Assembly (NCBI GenBank): GCA_020184695.1
Contig: JAANOX010000080.1
Coordinates: 248,001 to 312,000, forward strand
Direction: 5' to 3'
From: Histomonas meleagridis 2922-C6/04-290x
Taxonomy: Eukaryota; Protista; Parabasalia
DNA length: 64,000 nucleotides
How positions within the stretch are numbered: position 1 is the stretch's first letter; each line of letters starts with the position of its first letter. The notes under the pieces were generated by a model, which did not search any database, had not been told where the DNA came from, and saw only the letters and a list, made by a program, of their open reading frames with translations. A program made the translations under genes and the position numbers. Shown here in pieces: positions 21,078 to 31,217 of the stretch.

Positions 21078-21818
21078 ATGTTATTCAATGCTTTTCATTT
21101 CTGTCAAAAATTAACAATGCTTGTGATAACGATACAGTTATATCGTTTGGTGTGCCCCTCACATGGGATGTCTGAAATTCGTCTTATTGCTCGTTTAATG
21201 AAGCAAAAAGACGTTGATGAAGTTATGAATCTTCATCATTTATTATTCCCTATAAAATATTCAAAGGACACTATTGCTTCTTTTCTAAATGGTTCATTTA
21301 CTTCAATTCTTCTTACTAAAATTGAAAACGGAATTGAAGAAATAATTGGTGTCTCAACTTCATATCAAAGAAGAAAGTTCTATATATTCGGTGAACTTGA
21401 GGGTTACTTATCTACTTTTGGTATTCATCCTTCTATGCGTCAACATGGTCTTGGAACGGATCTTCTTAAAATCACAGCTTTTGTTATGTGTCGAAGATTT
21501 CATTGTCTTTGTATGACATTAGATGTTCAAGCTATCAATACCATTGCATGCAAATTTTATTCAAAATTTGGTTTCAAGCTCATCCATGAAAATCCCAATT
21601 ATTACAGTTTTACTGGAGACGCTTCAAAAGCATTATATCTTCGATATGATCTTAATGAATCTACATCAACACTTGATATCCAAAATAAAATCGAATTCGC
21701 GGATGATTTGAAAGCAATTTTTACACCAGACTTAAGCTCCCGTAACCATACTGCTATGTGGTTTATAGTTTTTTTGATCGTTACAATACTTCTTTTAGTA
21801 ATAAAAATTATGAAATAA
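21078..21818 (+). CDS. NAA60: GNAT N-terminal acetyltransferase, NAA60-like, with a C-terminal hydrophobic helix
   Basis: LFPIKY, YLSTFGIHPSMRQHGLGTDLL, LDVQAINTIACKFYSKFGF and PNYYSF motifs, plus the tail AMWFIVFLIVTILLLVI. The true start may be the ATG at 21168. NAA50 is an alternative assignment. Confidence 0.6.
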   Translation: MLFNAFHFCQKLTMLVITIQLYRLVCPSHGMSEIRLIARLMKQKDVDEVMNLHHLLFPIKYSKDTIASFLNGSFTSILLTKIENGIEEIIGVSTSYQRRKFYIFGELEGYLSTFGIHPSMRQHGLGTDLLKITAFVMCRRFHCLCMTLDVQAINTIACKFYSKFGFKLIHENPNYYSFTGDASKALYLRYDLNESTSTLDIQNKIEFADDLKAIFTPDLSSRNHTAMWFIVFLIVTILLLVIKIMK

Positions 21819-21825
21819 GCTTTGT

Positions 21826-23958
21826 TTAATCAAGTGTTTCGTTTGGTATTTCGCAATCCTCGTATACAAATTCAAGTTCAAATTCGGGATGTCTTTTGTG
21901 AATTTCGTCCGAGATCTGTAATGCAAATTCTTTGTCATCCATTTCATTGTTTGCAACGGTAAAGACGTCTAATGCTTCTTTATAATTATATTTGAAATCA
22001 TTTAATGCCTTCTTCAACATATCCTTTGCTTTCTCTTTTTCAGCTACATACAAGAGTCCTCTGGCGGCAGCAACATAATCATCAAAGGATTCTGGCTTAT
22101 CATTACATTTTTGGAAACATTCTTTTGCGACTTCTTGAACAACGACCGGTAACTTATCGATAACCGTCATCATTTTTTCAACCGCCGGTGCACAAACAAA
22201 CCTCCAACAACCGCCGCATTTTCTATAGCATTTGATCGAAGGTAACGGCTCATTTAATTTTGCGAAATAAACGGCCGCATAAGCCAACGCATTTGACTGA
22301 TTTGAATTGATTATTTTCAGAGCAATTTGATTTAACGGTTTCAGATCGTTCTTGATGAATTGTGCCTTTGCTAATCCAACAAAAGCTCTTGCCAACATTT
22401 CATTTTTAGGCAAATCATCAGCCCACTTTAACATATCATAAGCAGCAGAGATGTGCCTCATTCCCCAAGTTAAATAATTAAATTGCGCCTTTCTAAAATC
22501 ATCAAAATTCTTTATAACATCATTATAAAATCTTATTGCTTTCTCATAATCCTTAGCTCTAAAACAACAATCGGCTGCCCTTACATGAAAATCATTAAAT
22601 TGTGTAACCAATAATTTTGGATTATTTTTATGATCAATTGAAAATGGTTCAGCAGCTTTAATTGCAGTTTTAAGTTTTCCAAAACGTAACAAAGAATTCA
22701 CATACAATATATTCGAGTTACGATCAGTTGGATCAATTTCAGATAATTCCAATCCATCTTCCACACATTTCGACATACAGCCCAATTTCCTATGAATCCT
22801 TAACTTCATTGAGTATAATTCGACGCAAGTTGGGGTATGTTTAATCCCATCATTAATTTCATTAAGTGCTAATTCATAATCTCCGCGTGAAAAGTATACA
22901 TTTGCCTTGAATAAGTTAACAATGGGCACCGAAGTAAGTGGTACCTTTGCTTCATTTGAGATTTTGAGTGCAATGTCAAGTTTCGGTTGTGACAATTCGG
23001 AGATCGTTGTGAATATCGATGGCGCTCCTTTCACTAAATATGGAACCAAATACTTTTTGAGGCTTTCTTCGAACTGTGGGTCGTCGACATCCATTAATTC
23101 CAAAATTCGGACTTCGGAATATCGACTTTTGATTTGTGCCAATTCTTTGATAAACTCTTCTTTGGGCATAAGCGTTGATAACATTTCGAAGTAATCGCCA
23201 TTTTCGGGATATACTTCGAGTAGTTCATGAATACATTTTAATGCATGAGGTTTATCGTTGAGTGCTATGTAACATTGAGCCAACTTCTCAAGGACAGATA
23301 CATGGTCACGAATGACTTTTTGCTTGTTTGTGAGATATGTAATGCATTCATTATAAGATGAGATTTCGAGAAGTAATGTGGCATGGAATAAATAGAGTTC
23401 GGATCGGAAAAGAATCTCGTCCTCATTACGTGGATCCATAAAATTGGATTCATATGTATCGAGATATTTTAAGGCAAATGTGGTGCGGCCATTAAGATGA
23501 AGAGCAAGGGCATAACGAACAATGCAAGCTGAAACAGTGGAAATGGAGATGAGTTGACGTGAGAAATCAAGAAGTTCGGCATAATTCCTTTGATAAAGAT
23601 GAAGATTACAAAGATCATTTAAAACTGCAGTATCACGTGGATCAAGCCTATGCGCTTGGGTGAAGCACTGAAGGGATTTAACATATTCCCCTTGCTCTTT
23701 ATTGATAATTCCATTGAATTTCCAAATCTGTGAGTTTTTCATGTCTTTTTTGAGAGCAGTAGAAATGCACTCAGAAGCTCCCTTGGGATCTTTATTAAAT
23801 TGAAGAAAAATTGCTTTATAACCAAGGAGTTCTGGATGATCAGGATTTTGCTTTAATAACTTATTGACAAACTTAAGCCCACGAGCGTACTCATTGTTGT
23901 CATACAATTTGGCTGCTTCATTCATTTGTTTAGCCAAATTCTTTGCTTTGGAGTTCAT
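21826..23958 (-). CDS. NAA15: NatA auxiliary TPR subunit
   Basis: AKLYDNNEYARGLKFVNKLL, TPTCVELYSMKLRIHRKLG, DPTDRNSN and FDDFRKAQFNYLTWGMRH correspond to conserved NAA15/NAT1 segments. Confidence 0.85.
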   Translation of the reverse strand: MNSKAKNLAKQMNEAAKLYDNNEYARGLKFVNKLLKQNPDHPELLGYKAIFLQFNKDPKGASECISTALKKDMKNSQIWKFNGIINKEQGEYVKSLQCFTQAHRLDPRDTAVLNDLCNLHLYQRNYAELLDFSRQLISISTVSACIVRYALALHLNGRTTFALKYLDTYESNFMDPRNEDEILFRSELYLFHATLLLEISSYNECITYLTNKQKVIRDHVSVLEKLAQCYIALNDKPHALKCIHELLEVYPENGDYFEMLSTLMPKEEFIKELAQIKSRYSEVRILELMDVDDPQFEESLKKYLVPYLVKGAPSIFTTISELSQPKLDIALKISNEAKVPLTSVPIVNLFKANVYFSRGDYELALNEINDGIKHTPTCVELYSMKLRIHRKLGCMSKCVEDGLELSEIDPTDRNSNILYVNSLLRFGKLKTAIKAAEPFSIDHKNNPKLLVTQFNDFHVRAADCCFRAKDYEKAIRFYNDVIKNFDDFRKAQFNYLTWGMRHISAAYDMLKWADDLPKNEMLARAFVGLAKAQFIKNDLKPLNQIALKIINSNQSNALAYAAVYFAKLNEPLPSIKCYRKCGGCWRFVCAPAVEKMMTVIDKLPVVVQEVAKECFQKCNDKPESFDDYVAAARGLLYVAEKEKAKDMLKKALNDFKYNYKEALDVFTVANNEMDDKEFALQISDEIHKRHPEFELEFVYEDCEIPNETLD

Positions 23959-24602
23959 GGGAACAGGCCGATATAACCGTAATAACCGTCATACTGCTTG
24001 ACCAAATGTATTTAATCATTTTTACAAATATGTATTATAAACTGGTAGAAGGAGATATGAATAAAAGGACATGTGAATCAAAATACCGTTTGTAGCTTTT
24101 TTATTTTTTTGATATCTCATTTATGATTAATAAATTTACCAAGTATACATATTGTATGAGTTTATTATTACAAAAAGATATATAAATACTAATTTGTTTT
24201 CTCTTTGTATATAACAACGGTATTATGTGCTCGTATTATATTTTATATATTTAATGTTCCCAAGGAATTCAACTGGTAGTGAGAACTTGATTACAACATT
24301 CAGGAGTAAGCTTAATCTTGGCATAGCCAAGATGGTGTACATTGCTTCTGTAGGAGCTTAAATATGCCTGTTCATGAACTTCAAGAAGCAAGTTTTTTAC
24401 CAAAAGCAATGAATTCTAGCAATGTCTAAAAAAAATTCACGAATATAACTGTTCTTTTGCTTTATTTTTAAAATAATAAAATAAAATAAAATTAGAATAA
24501 CCTGGATATGTAAGATAATGTGTATTTTTGAGCAACAAAAAAGGATTGAATATGATTATATCGTTTTAGAACGATGGAATTTAATTTTCTAAAAACTTTT
24601 GG

Positions 24603-26817
24603 ATGGGGAACAGCAACAGCCAAGTGCCGTATCAAGACAAAAAATGCTTTCAAATGCTTCATATGTTAGAGCAAATTATTTTCGATTTAAATGAAAATAA
24701 TATAGGTATTTCTATTGAATCAACAATGAATGTGTTTGATTATGATTATCCATTTTCTTCTTTACTTGTTATTTGCCAATTAATATACATTTCTTTTATT
24801 TCTTCTAGAAACAATTTTGATTTATATCAAAATTATATGAAAAAGTTTGAAGAAAATCTAAATATTTATCAACCAAATGTTAAATACAAAATATTTAAAA
24901 TTTTCAAACAGTTTCTTCTTAAACAAGAATCACAAGAATCTTATTATCTTCTTTCAATTTTACTTGAACAAAACTTAGCTGATATTGAAGATGTAAAAGG
25001 TAAAGAAACATTATATTTTGCACATTATAAATCCAATAATGAAATCGAATTATTGAAGTTTAACACAACATTTTGTATGCAATTCTTCGAAAACAGAAAA
25101 AAATTATCAAATAATAATTGGGAGCTTCATAAACAATATATTAAAGAAGGACATAATCCAAATGAAATCGCAAAAATAATTCGAAATGATGAAATAGAAA
25201 AACTTCAAGAAATATCATCACAAACAAATTTTGATTTTGATCAAACAATTCCAAAATCAATTTATGAAAGATATTCATTTGTTAATGAAGAAAATGTTAC
25301 ATTAATTGATTATGCAGCATTTTTTTCTGCAGTTAAATGTTTTAAATATTTACTTATGAATGGAGCAAATGTTAATAATACAGGCAAATATGCAATTGCA
25401 GGTGGAAATGAAGAAATTATTCATTTATGTGAACAAAATCATTCATCATTTGAAGATGCTTATGAAGCTGCAATTCAATTTCATCGAAATGATATCTTTA
25501 AATATCTTTATGAAAAGAAAAATGATAACTTTTTTCATAAAATTTCACTGAGAAGTGAATGTATAAATTATTTTAATTATGAACTTTTTCTGTTTTTACC
25601 AGAAGAAAATTTAGGTTTTGATAAATATTTAATAGAGCAATCATTTAAAATAGACAATTTATTTCTTGTCAAGAATTTTTTGGAAGGAAATCAGATTTCA
25701 AGTGATACCTTGTTTATTGTAGTTAAGACAATAAATATTGAACTTTTCAAATATATCATTGAAAAAAAGGAAATCAATATCAATACAAAAGATATTAATT
25801 TCACTTATTTGCTATTCATTTTGTCTTTTTTATTTTTAATGATAATATTTGGAATATATATAAATCATTTAAAACGGCTCTTATGTATTCATCAATAAAC
25901 GGAAAAACAGAAAATGCAATAAAAATTCTTTCGAAAACAGATATTCAAATTAATACTAAGGATGTTTATTTTAATCTTTTAATATTTTCTATTATGTTTC
26001 GTAATTTTAATATAATATTTGGAATTTAGTTATTCATCAAAAAACAGCATTAATTTATGCAAGTGAATATAATCATTTCAAAATCGTTAAATTACTTCTT
26101 GCACAAAAAGGAATTGATATCAATGCTAAAAATATTTATTTGTTTTAATTAAAGATTATTAAAATTCTTTAGTGATTTATCATAATATTTGGAATTTATT
26201 CAACATGTTTTGGACAGCACTAATGTATGCATCAGCAAAAGGTTATAAAGAAATTGTTAAACTTCTTCTTGAACAAGAAGGAATTGATCAAAACATTAGA
26301 AGTGTGTGATAAATTTATTTAAAATATCTAAATTCCATACGATATTTCTTTCCGAAATTTAATATTTTACAATAGAATATTGGACATCTCTAATGTTTGC
26401 ATGCCTTGAAGGTCATTTTGATATTGTGAAATTACTTTTTGAAAAAGAAGGAACTAATATAAATGCTCAAAATATTTTTTTGTAATCTTTTGATACTTGT
26501 TTATATGATTTGATATATGTAATGTCTATTTGGAATTTCATTTAATGATATCGAACAGCACTTATGTATGCTGCACAGCAAGGATATACTGAAATTGTTC
26601 AGTTACTTCTTACATATGAAAAAATCAAAATCAATGAATATGACTTTTATTCACAATATAATATGCTTATTATAATAACATCAAAATTCAAACAAATACT
26701 TGGAATTTTATTTAATAGCATACTACAGCACTTAAATTCGCAACAAAATTTAATCACTCGGAAGTTGCTGAAATAATTCGTGAACATGGAGGAATTGAAA
26801 AAAAGATGTATTATTAA
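24603..26817 (+). CDS. DUF3447 plus ankyrin-repeat protein interrupted by six 80/81-nt spacers
   Basis: The 431-aa ORF carries a DUF3447-type region and reaches EININTKD. Six ankyrin modules follow (TALMYSSING.., TALIYASEYN.., TALMYASAKG.., TSLMFACLEG.., TALMYAAQQG.., TALKFATKFN..MYY*). The N-terminus MGNSNS fits an N-myristoylation pattern. Confidence 0.8.
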
Positions 26818-26942
26818 AAATAATATACTGTTTATAATAATAAAAAATCAGATTATATTATAAAAGTTTACAAATAAATTAATTTTTTTATGGTTTTAAA
26901 CATAAATATTTGGAACATTCGATTGGTATAACAAACAAAAAA

Positions 26943-27569
26943 TTACTTTCGTGAACGAATGTTTGATTCATACTCATCTAGTGAACGAGGAGTTGCTTCA
27001 TCTCTAAGCTTACGAACAATCCTTTGCGTTTCGATTGTGTTCTGATAAATCAATGAAAGTAAGTTTCTACATTGTAATTCGTAATCACTATCTTCGCGTA
27101 TTTTTTGTAATTCTAAAAACTCATCCACCTTTTCATATAATATCTCTAAGGCGCTGAATGAAACTCCTGTTTGATTTCTCTTTGCCCATCTATTGATTTT
27201 TTTAATAATATTTCGAATTGGTTCACGCAACTTTGCTGGAAGAAGATTGATCCTTGGGTCATCAATCGCAATTAATATTTCTTTTTGTTGTGTTATACTG
27301 CTGGTGGTTGAAATATCATCAATAATTACCTCTTCTTCACTTTTCGATGAGTGCGAATTACTATGATTTTTATTTTCTTTCTGAGTATTATTGACAGTAG
27401 CAGAATCTTCTGAATCACTTGATATTTCAATTTGAACAAAACTTTCTTTTTCAGAAATACTATCATACGCAGAAGATGTTGGAACATATGCTACGTCTTC
27501 GTCTCCGTGAACATCCCATTGGGAAAGGTCGACTTCTTTTACTCCATCAGGAATGGAATTTTTGCTCAT
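26943..27569 (-). CDS. Hypothetical protein (208 aa)
   Basis: Clean ORF with an acidic Ser-rich N-terminal half and a helical C-terminal half. No family recognised. Confidence 0.7.
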   Translation of the reverse strand: MSKNSIPDGVKEVDLSQWDVHGDEDVAYVPTSSAYDSISEKESFVQIEISSDSEDSATVNNTQKENKNHSNSHSSKSEEEVIIDDISTTSSITQQKEILIAIDDPRINLLPAKLREPIRNIIKKINRWAKRNQTGVSFSALEILYEKVDEFLELQKIREDSDYELQCRNLLSLIYQNTIETQRIVRKLRDEATPRSLDEYESNIRSRK

Positions 27570-27851
27570 TCAAATGTACGTTTAAAATTAACGAAAACGT
27601 TTTTGGGGTGCCCGAAAACACACATTTCTTTTTATGGTATATCCAAATGTTTTTGACCTTTCTAAACTTATCACAACATATTACTAGCTCCTTATCAATT
27701 TTAGCTCGCGTTTTTACTTCCAAAATTTATGCACAAATTAAAATTGTTTCAAAAGAATATTCTTAATGTTTTGATAAATTATAATAAGAAATCAAAAAAA
27801 CGCAAATGCAGTTAGGAAATTAGGTTGAATTTACTGTTTTTAACTGGTGAT

Positions 27852-28466
27852 TTAGATCTGCCAATTTAATTTGCTTCTAAGAACCGAAATAATTTCATCA
27901 TGAACATCACTAATACCTTTAGAACCATCTATTCTTATAACTTTACCTTTTGGTTCGTAGTACTCAATCACAGGAACCGAAATTTGATGGTATGTCACAA
28001 GGCGCTTTTTGATCGATTCTTCGTTATCATCAGAACGACCAGACGTCAATCCTCTGTTCAACAACCTTTTGGTAAGTTCCTCATCAGGTACATCAAGAAA
28101 TAGAACTCCCTTGCAAGGTCCAATTTGTTCTGTAAACTTTTGAGCTTGTGAAAGAGACCTTGGGAACCCATCGAGGAAAAAGTACTTTGCGTTCTGGCCC
28201 TTCAATTCTTTTTCTACTAAATCAATCACAATTTCGTCAGGAACAAGTTGTCCGTTTTGCATGGTCTTTTTCAACTCTTCAATAGTTTGTTTTTCTTTTT
28301 CAGACCTTTGATCTTCAACACCTTCTGGGAGTGGTGCTGTTGCAGCACGAAGAAGATCTCCTGTTGAAAGATACCCAATTCCATGTTCTTTGGAGATAGT
28401 TAATGCTTGCGTTCCTTTTCCAGATCCAGGACCACCGAGAACAAAAACAATTTCTTTTCCCTCCAT
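27852..28466 (-). CDS. UMP-CMP kinase / adenylate kinase family
   Basis: FVLGGPGSGKGTQ P-loop, LSTGDLLRA, FLDGFPR and the short LID GRSDDNEESIKKRL. Confidence 0.92.
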   Translation of the reverse strand: MEGKEIVFVLGGPGSGKGTQALTISKEHGIGYLSTGDLLRAATAPLPEGVEDQRSEKEKQTIEELKKTMQNGQLVPDEIVIDLVEKELKGQNAKYFFLDGFPRSLSQAQKFTEQIGPCKGVLFLDVPDEELTKRLLNRGLTSGRSDDNEESIKKRLVTYHQISVPVIEYYEPKGKVIRIDGSKGISDVHDEIISVLRSKLNWQI

Positions 28467-30002
28467 GAAAAAATTTGGAATCGCAATTCAAAAGACCGGT
28501 CTTTTAAATGCGATAAATTTCCATTGAATAAAGACTTTTAGTGACCATTTGCATTCAATTTTTCAGAGTTCTGACCATGTTGTTTTTTTATCACGGCTTT
28601 TTCCCACAAACACTGACTTTTTGTGAAAATTTCACTAAACCACACTAACCAAAATCACTTATTCGGATACTTTAGAGAAAGAAGATTTTGAAAATCTCAC
28701 CGGAAAGCATGAATAACATCAGAGTTCTTACTTGGGATCAACTCATTTTCCCTGAATGTGCTCGCAAAGTGAAAAAATCCTTCTCTCCTTCCCTTTGCGA
28801 AGAACATTGAGCCAAACAAAATAAACCGTATATCTGATTCAATTTTCTGTGGAGATGATTAAAAATTGTGAAAAAAATATACGTTAATTCAATAAAAACA
28901 GGTCAATATAGTGAGGTGGCTCTTGGACACCATATGTTTAGGGCACCTCTTAATTCAATACTTTATTTTTAAAATCTTCAAGTGCAAATTAGAAGAAAGT
29001 TAAAAAATATCTTCCTAAAATATCACCAAATTAATTTCTCCATGCCTTATTATTATTGAAATGGGATGCAATATGTATAAGGATTTTCTGATCTTAAAAA
29101 AGTTATTGAACAAAAATTTCTCTTCTTCTGGAATAAGTTGAAGGAAATATTGTAACGGGAGGTGGATAGGCTTATTAAATGAAACTATTCGGCGTCACTA
29201 TCAACTCTAATTTTATTTTTTTGTGTGGGGTTTTTAATAAGTTTACATGCGAATAAATCAATCAATTTAAATGTTAAATTTTGATGCTCATCTGTAATCA
29301 TGCTGTTTTTAAGCTTAATTCATGAGAAGTTGAAATAAAATTGTGTTTAAAATGAAAGACAAAAGGTTAATTTTTACTTTCCAATAACAATTTGTAACAA
29401 GAATTACTATTCATAACTTAAGTTAAAGAAAAATTTCGAATCAGCTTATCAAAATAAATGAGAAAAAACGAATAGCTCTAATTGCTTAATAAAAGTCAGC
29501 TGTAAATAAAAAGGGATCAGGTTTAAAAAATATAAAAAATTATGTAAAACTCATCAAAGCAAACTTTTAATACATAAATGTGCTATATTCATCTTACTGA
29601 TAATATTAATAATCTATTAATTTCTGATTATACTCATATGTTCCTGACGTACGCAAAGTCATATAAATCTTGCCGGTTAAATAATCTTTTGTTGTAAATT
29701 TTATAACTCAAAAATGGAGTTTTTGTAATTATTTTTTGTAAGAATTATTTCCTGTTTGATTTGTTGTGAAAATTTTCCAGCGTTCCGAAAAAGTGACTCT
29801 TTCACAAAAATAACACTAACAAAAGTGGATGACATCGTAAAAGTGCCAATGGGTTAAATCCCAAAACAAAATCAAGAACGTTAAGTGAACGTTTTGTGCA
29901 CAAAATTTACGAATTTAACTAAACTAATATTTTTTATTCATTATTTTTTTTTCACCGTAACAGCAAAGGAGGTCGATCTTATTTATCCTCCTTTCCTGTA
30001 AT

Positions 30003-31217
30003 TTAATTTTTAACATCTCTCGCTTGATTTACACGATACTGATTAATAGGAATTCTGAAGGAAGCTTTTCCCAAGTTCACCTTCTTTGATTTCATATAAC
30101 TGATTAGGCGGCCTTCGTCAGTGCTTTGTCTTTCTCTTGTTGCAGGTCTAGCTGTATTATAAAATGCAGGCAACGTTTTGCCAAGTGATATTAGCGGAAG
30201 TCTGTTATTTACCACTGGGAAGTCAAAGGACTTAATTGTTTGGATACATCTTCCCAATGGATATGCTTCATGTGATGCATCTGATCTCTTAAGATATTGT
30301 ATTTTACGGAAATAAAACACTTCGCTCTCACCTTCTGCGTTAACTTTGATGACTCCTGAGCGATTTGGCGTTTTGCCGCAATAAAATGATGCAGAAAAAA
30401 CAGTAACGCCTTTGCCATTGAACTCAATTCCGTCACTAACGCACTCATGGCCTCGAATAAACAACGTGAGGTTGTTATTTTCAAGGAATTTGTTCATTGC
30501 ATCTGTTCCATACAAATATCCGATACCTCTGTGTGATGGCTCAAATCCGCTGGAATATTTGTTGGGATCACTCCAAAGTAGAGTGGAAACTACAGAATCC
30601 GAAAAATCAACAATTGGTCTTTGGATTGACTTAATTTGTTCTATTTTAAGAAGGCTAGGACCAATGCCTCCATGTGCGCATAGTATTTTGTGGTTGAGAA
30701 TGGCTGCAAGTGGAATATATGAGAATGCGTCAAGGAAATAATCAAAAATTGATTTGTTGTGAAACATTCTGAAAGTTTCATCAAGAAATCCACTTCTTGC
30801 GCAAACTTCTGTAAACTCATGGTTTCCTCTGAGAATATAAACATCATTTGGATAGAGATACTTCATCACAGAAACAAGTGTAATTGTTTCAAGAGAAAAT
30901 GGTCCCCTGTCTACAAGGTCTCCTAAAAAGAGATACTTTTGTTGCGGTGGAAAGCCAAATTTTGACAAGATTCTAAACAAATCAAGAATGTGTCCATGGA
31001 TGTCGCCAACAACAATAATGTTATTGCACTCGATCTCTAAGCATGTGGGTTCATTTTTAAATATTTCTTCAAGACGTTGACACAAATTTTGGATAACAAT
31101 TGCAGGAATAAGAGGGAATGTTAGCTGTACTTCTTTAGTTTCATACTTGTGTATATCTATAGAAGCAATGTTTTTATAAATATTTAGTATCTGTTGGAAG
31201 ATTTGGTTGGAGTTCAT
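30003..31217 (-). CDS. PPP-family Ser/Thr phosphatase, PP1-like expanded subfamily
   Basis: GDIHG, GDLVDRG, RGNHE, HGG, LLWSDP and IRGHE motifs. Confidence 0.92.
   Translation of the reverse strand: MNSNQIFQQILNIYKNIASIDIHKYETKEVQLTFPLIPAIVIQNLCQRLEEIFKNEPTCLEIECNNIIVVGDIHGHILDLFRILSKFGFPPQQKYLFLGDLVDRGPFSLETITLVSVMKYLYPNDVYILRGNHEFTEVCARSGFLDETFRMFHNKSIFDYFLDAFSYIPLAAILNHKILCAHGGIGPSLLKIEQIKSIQRPIVDFSDSVVSTLLWSDPNKYSSGFEPSHRGIGYLYGTDAMNKFLENNNLTLFIRGHECVSDGIEFNGKGVTVFSASFYCGKTPNRSGVIKVNAEGESEVFYFRKIQYLKRSDASHEAYPLGRCIQTIKSFDFPVVNNRLPLISLGKTLPAFYNTARPATRERQSTDEGRLISYMKSKKVNLGKASFRIPINQYRVNQARDVKN

Noticed and set aside
26134-26213. Single programmed -1 ribosomal frameshift in each spacer
   Set aside because: This spacer has TAA at 26146-26148 in the upstream frame and TAA at 26160-26162 in the downstream frame, so one shift cannot traverse it.
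25791-26213. Gene-60-style bypass with matched take-off and landing codons 68 nt apart
   Set aside because: I found no consistent matched codon pair in the spacers checked. Bypass is not excluded, but this simple form is unsupported.
25794-26724. Alternative genetic code (TAA/TAG read as Gln) explaining the broken ankyrin ORFs
   Set aside because: Spacers shift the frame (80 mod 3 = 2), and conserved genes in the window end cleanly at TAA, TAG or TGA.
26532-26724. TTTGG/TTTAG as the 3' splice site, leaving 7 exonic codons
   Set aside because: The idea is attractive because 21 nt is in frame, but those codons include stops in several copies (26543-26548, 26713-26718, 6587-6589, and in the spacer at 40310).
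28560-28860. Possible ncRNA in the kinase upstream region
   Set aside because: I could not establish box motifs, a cloverleaf or stable pairing. No tRNA or rRNA was recognised anywhere in the window.
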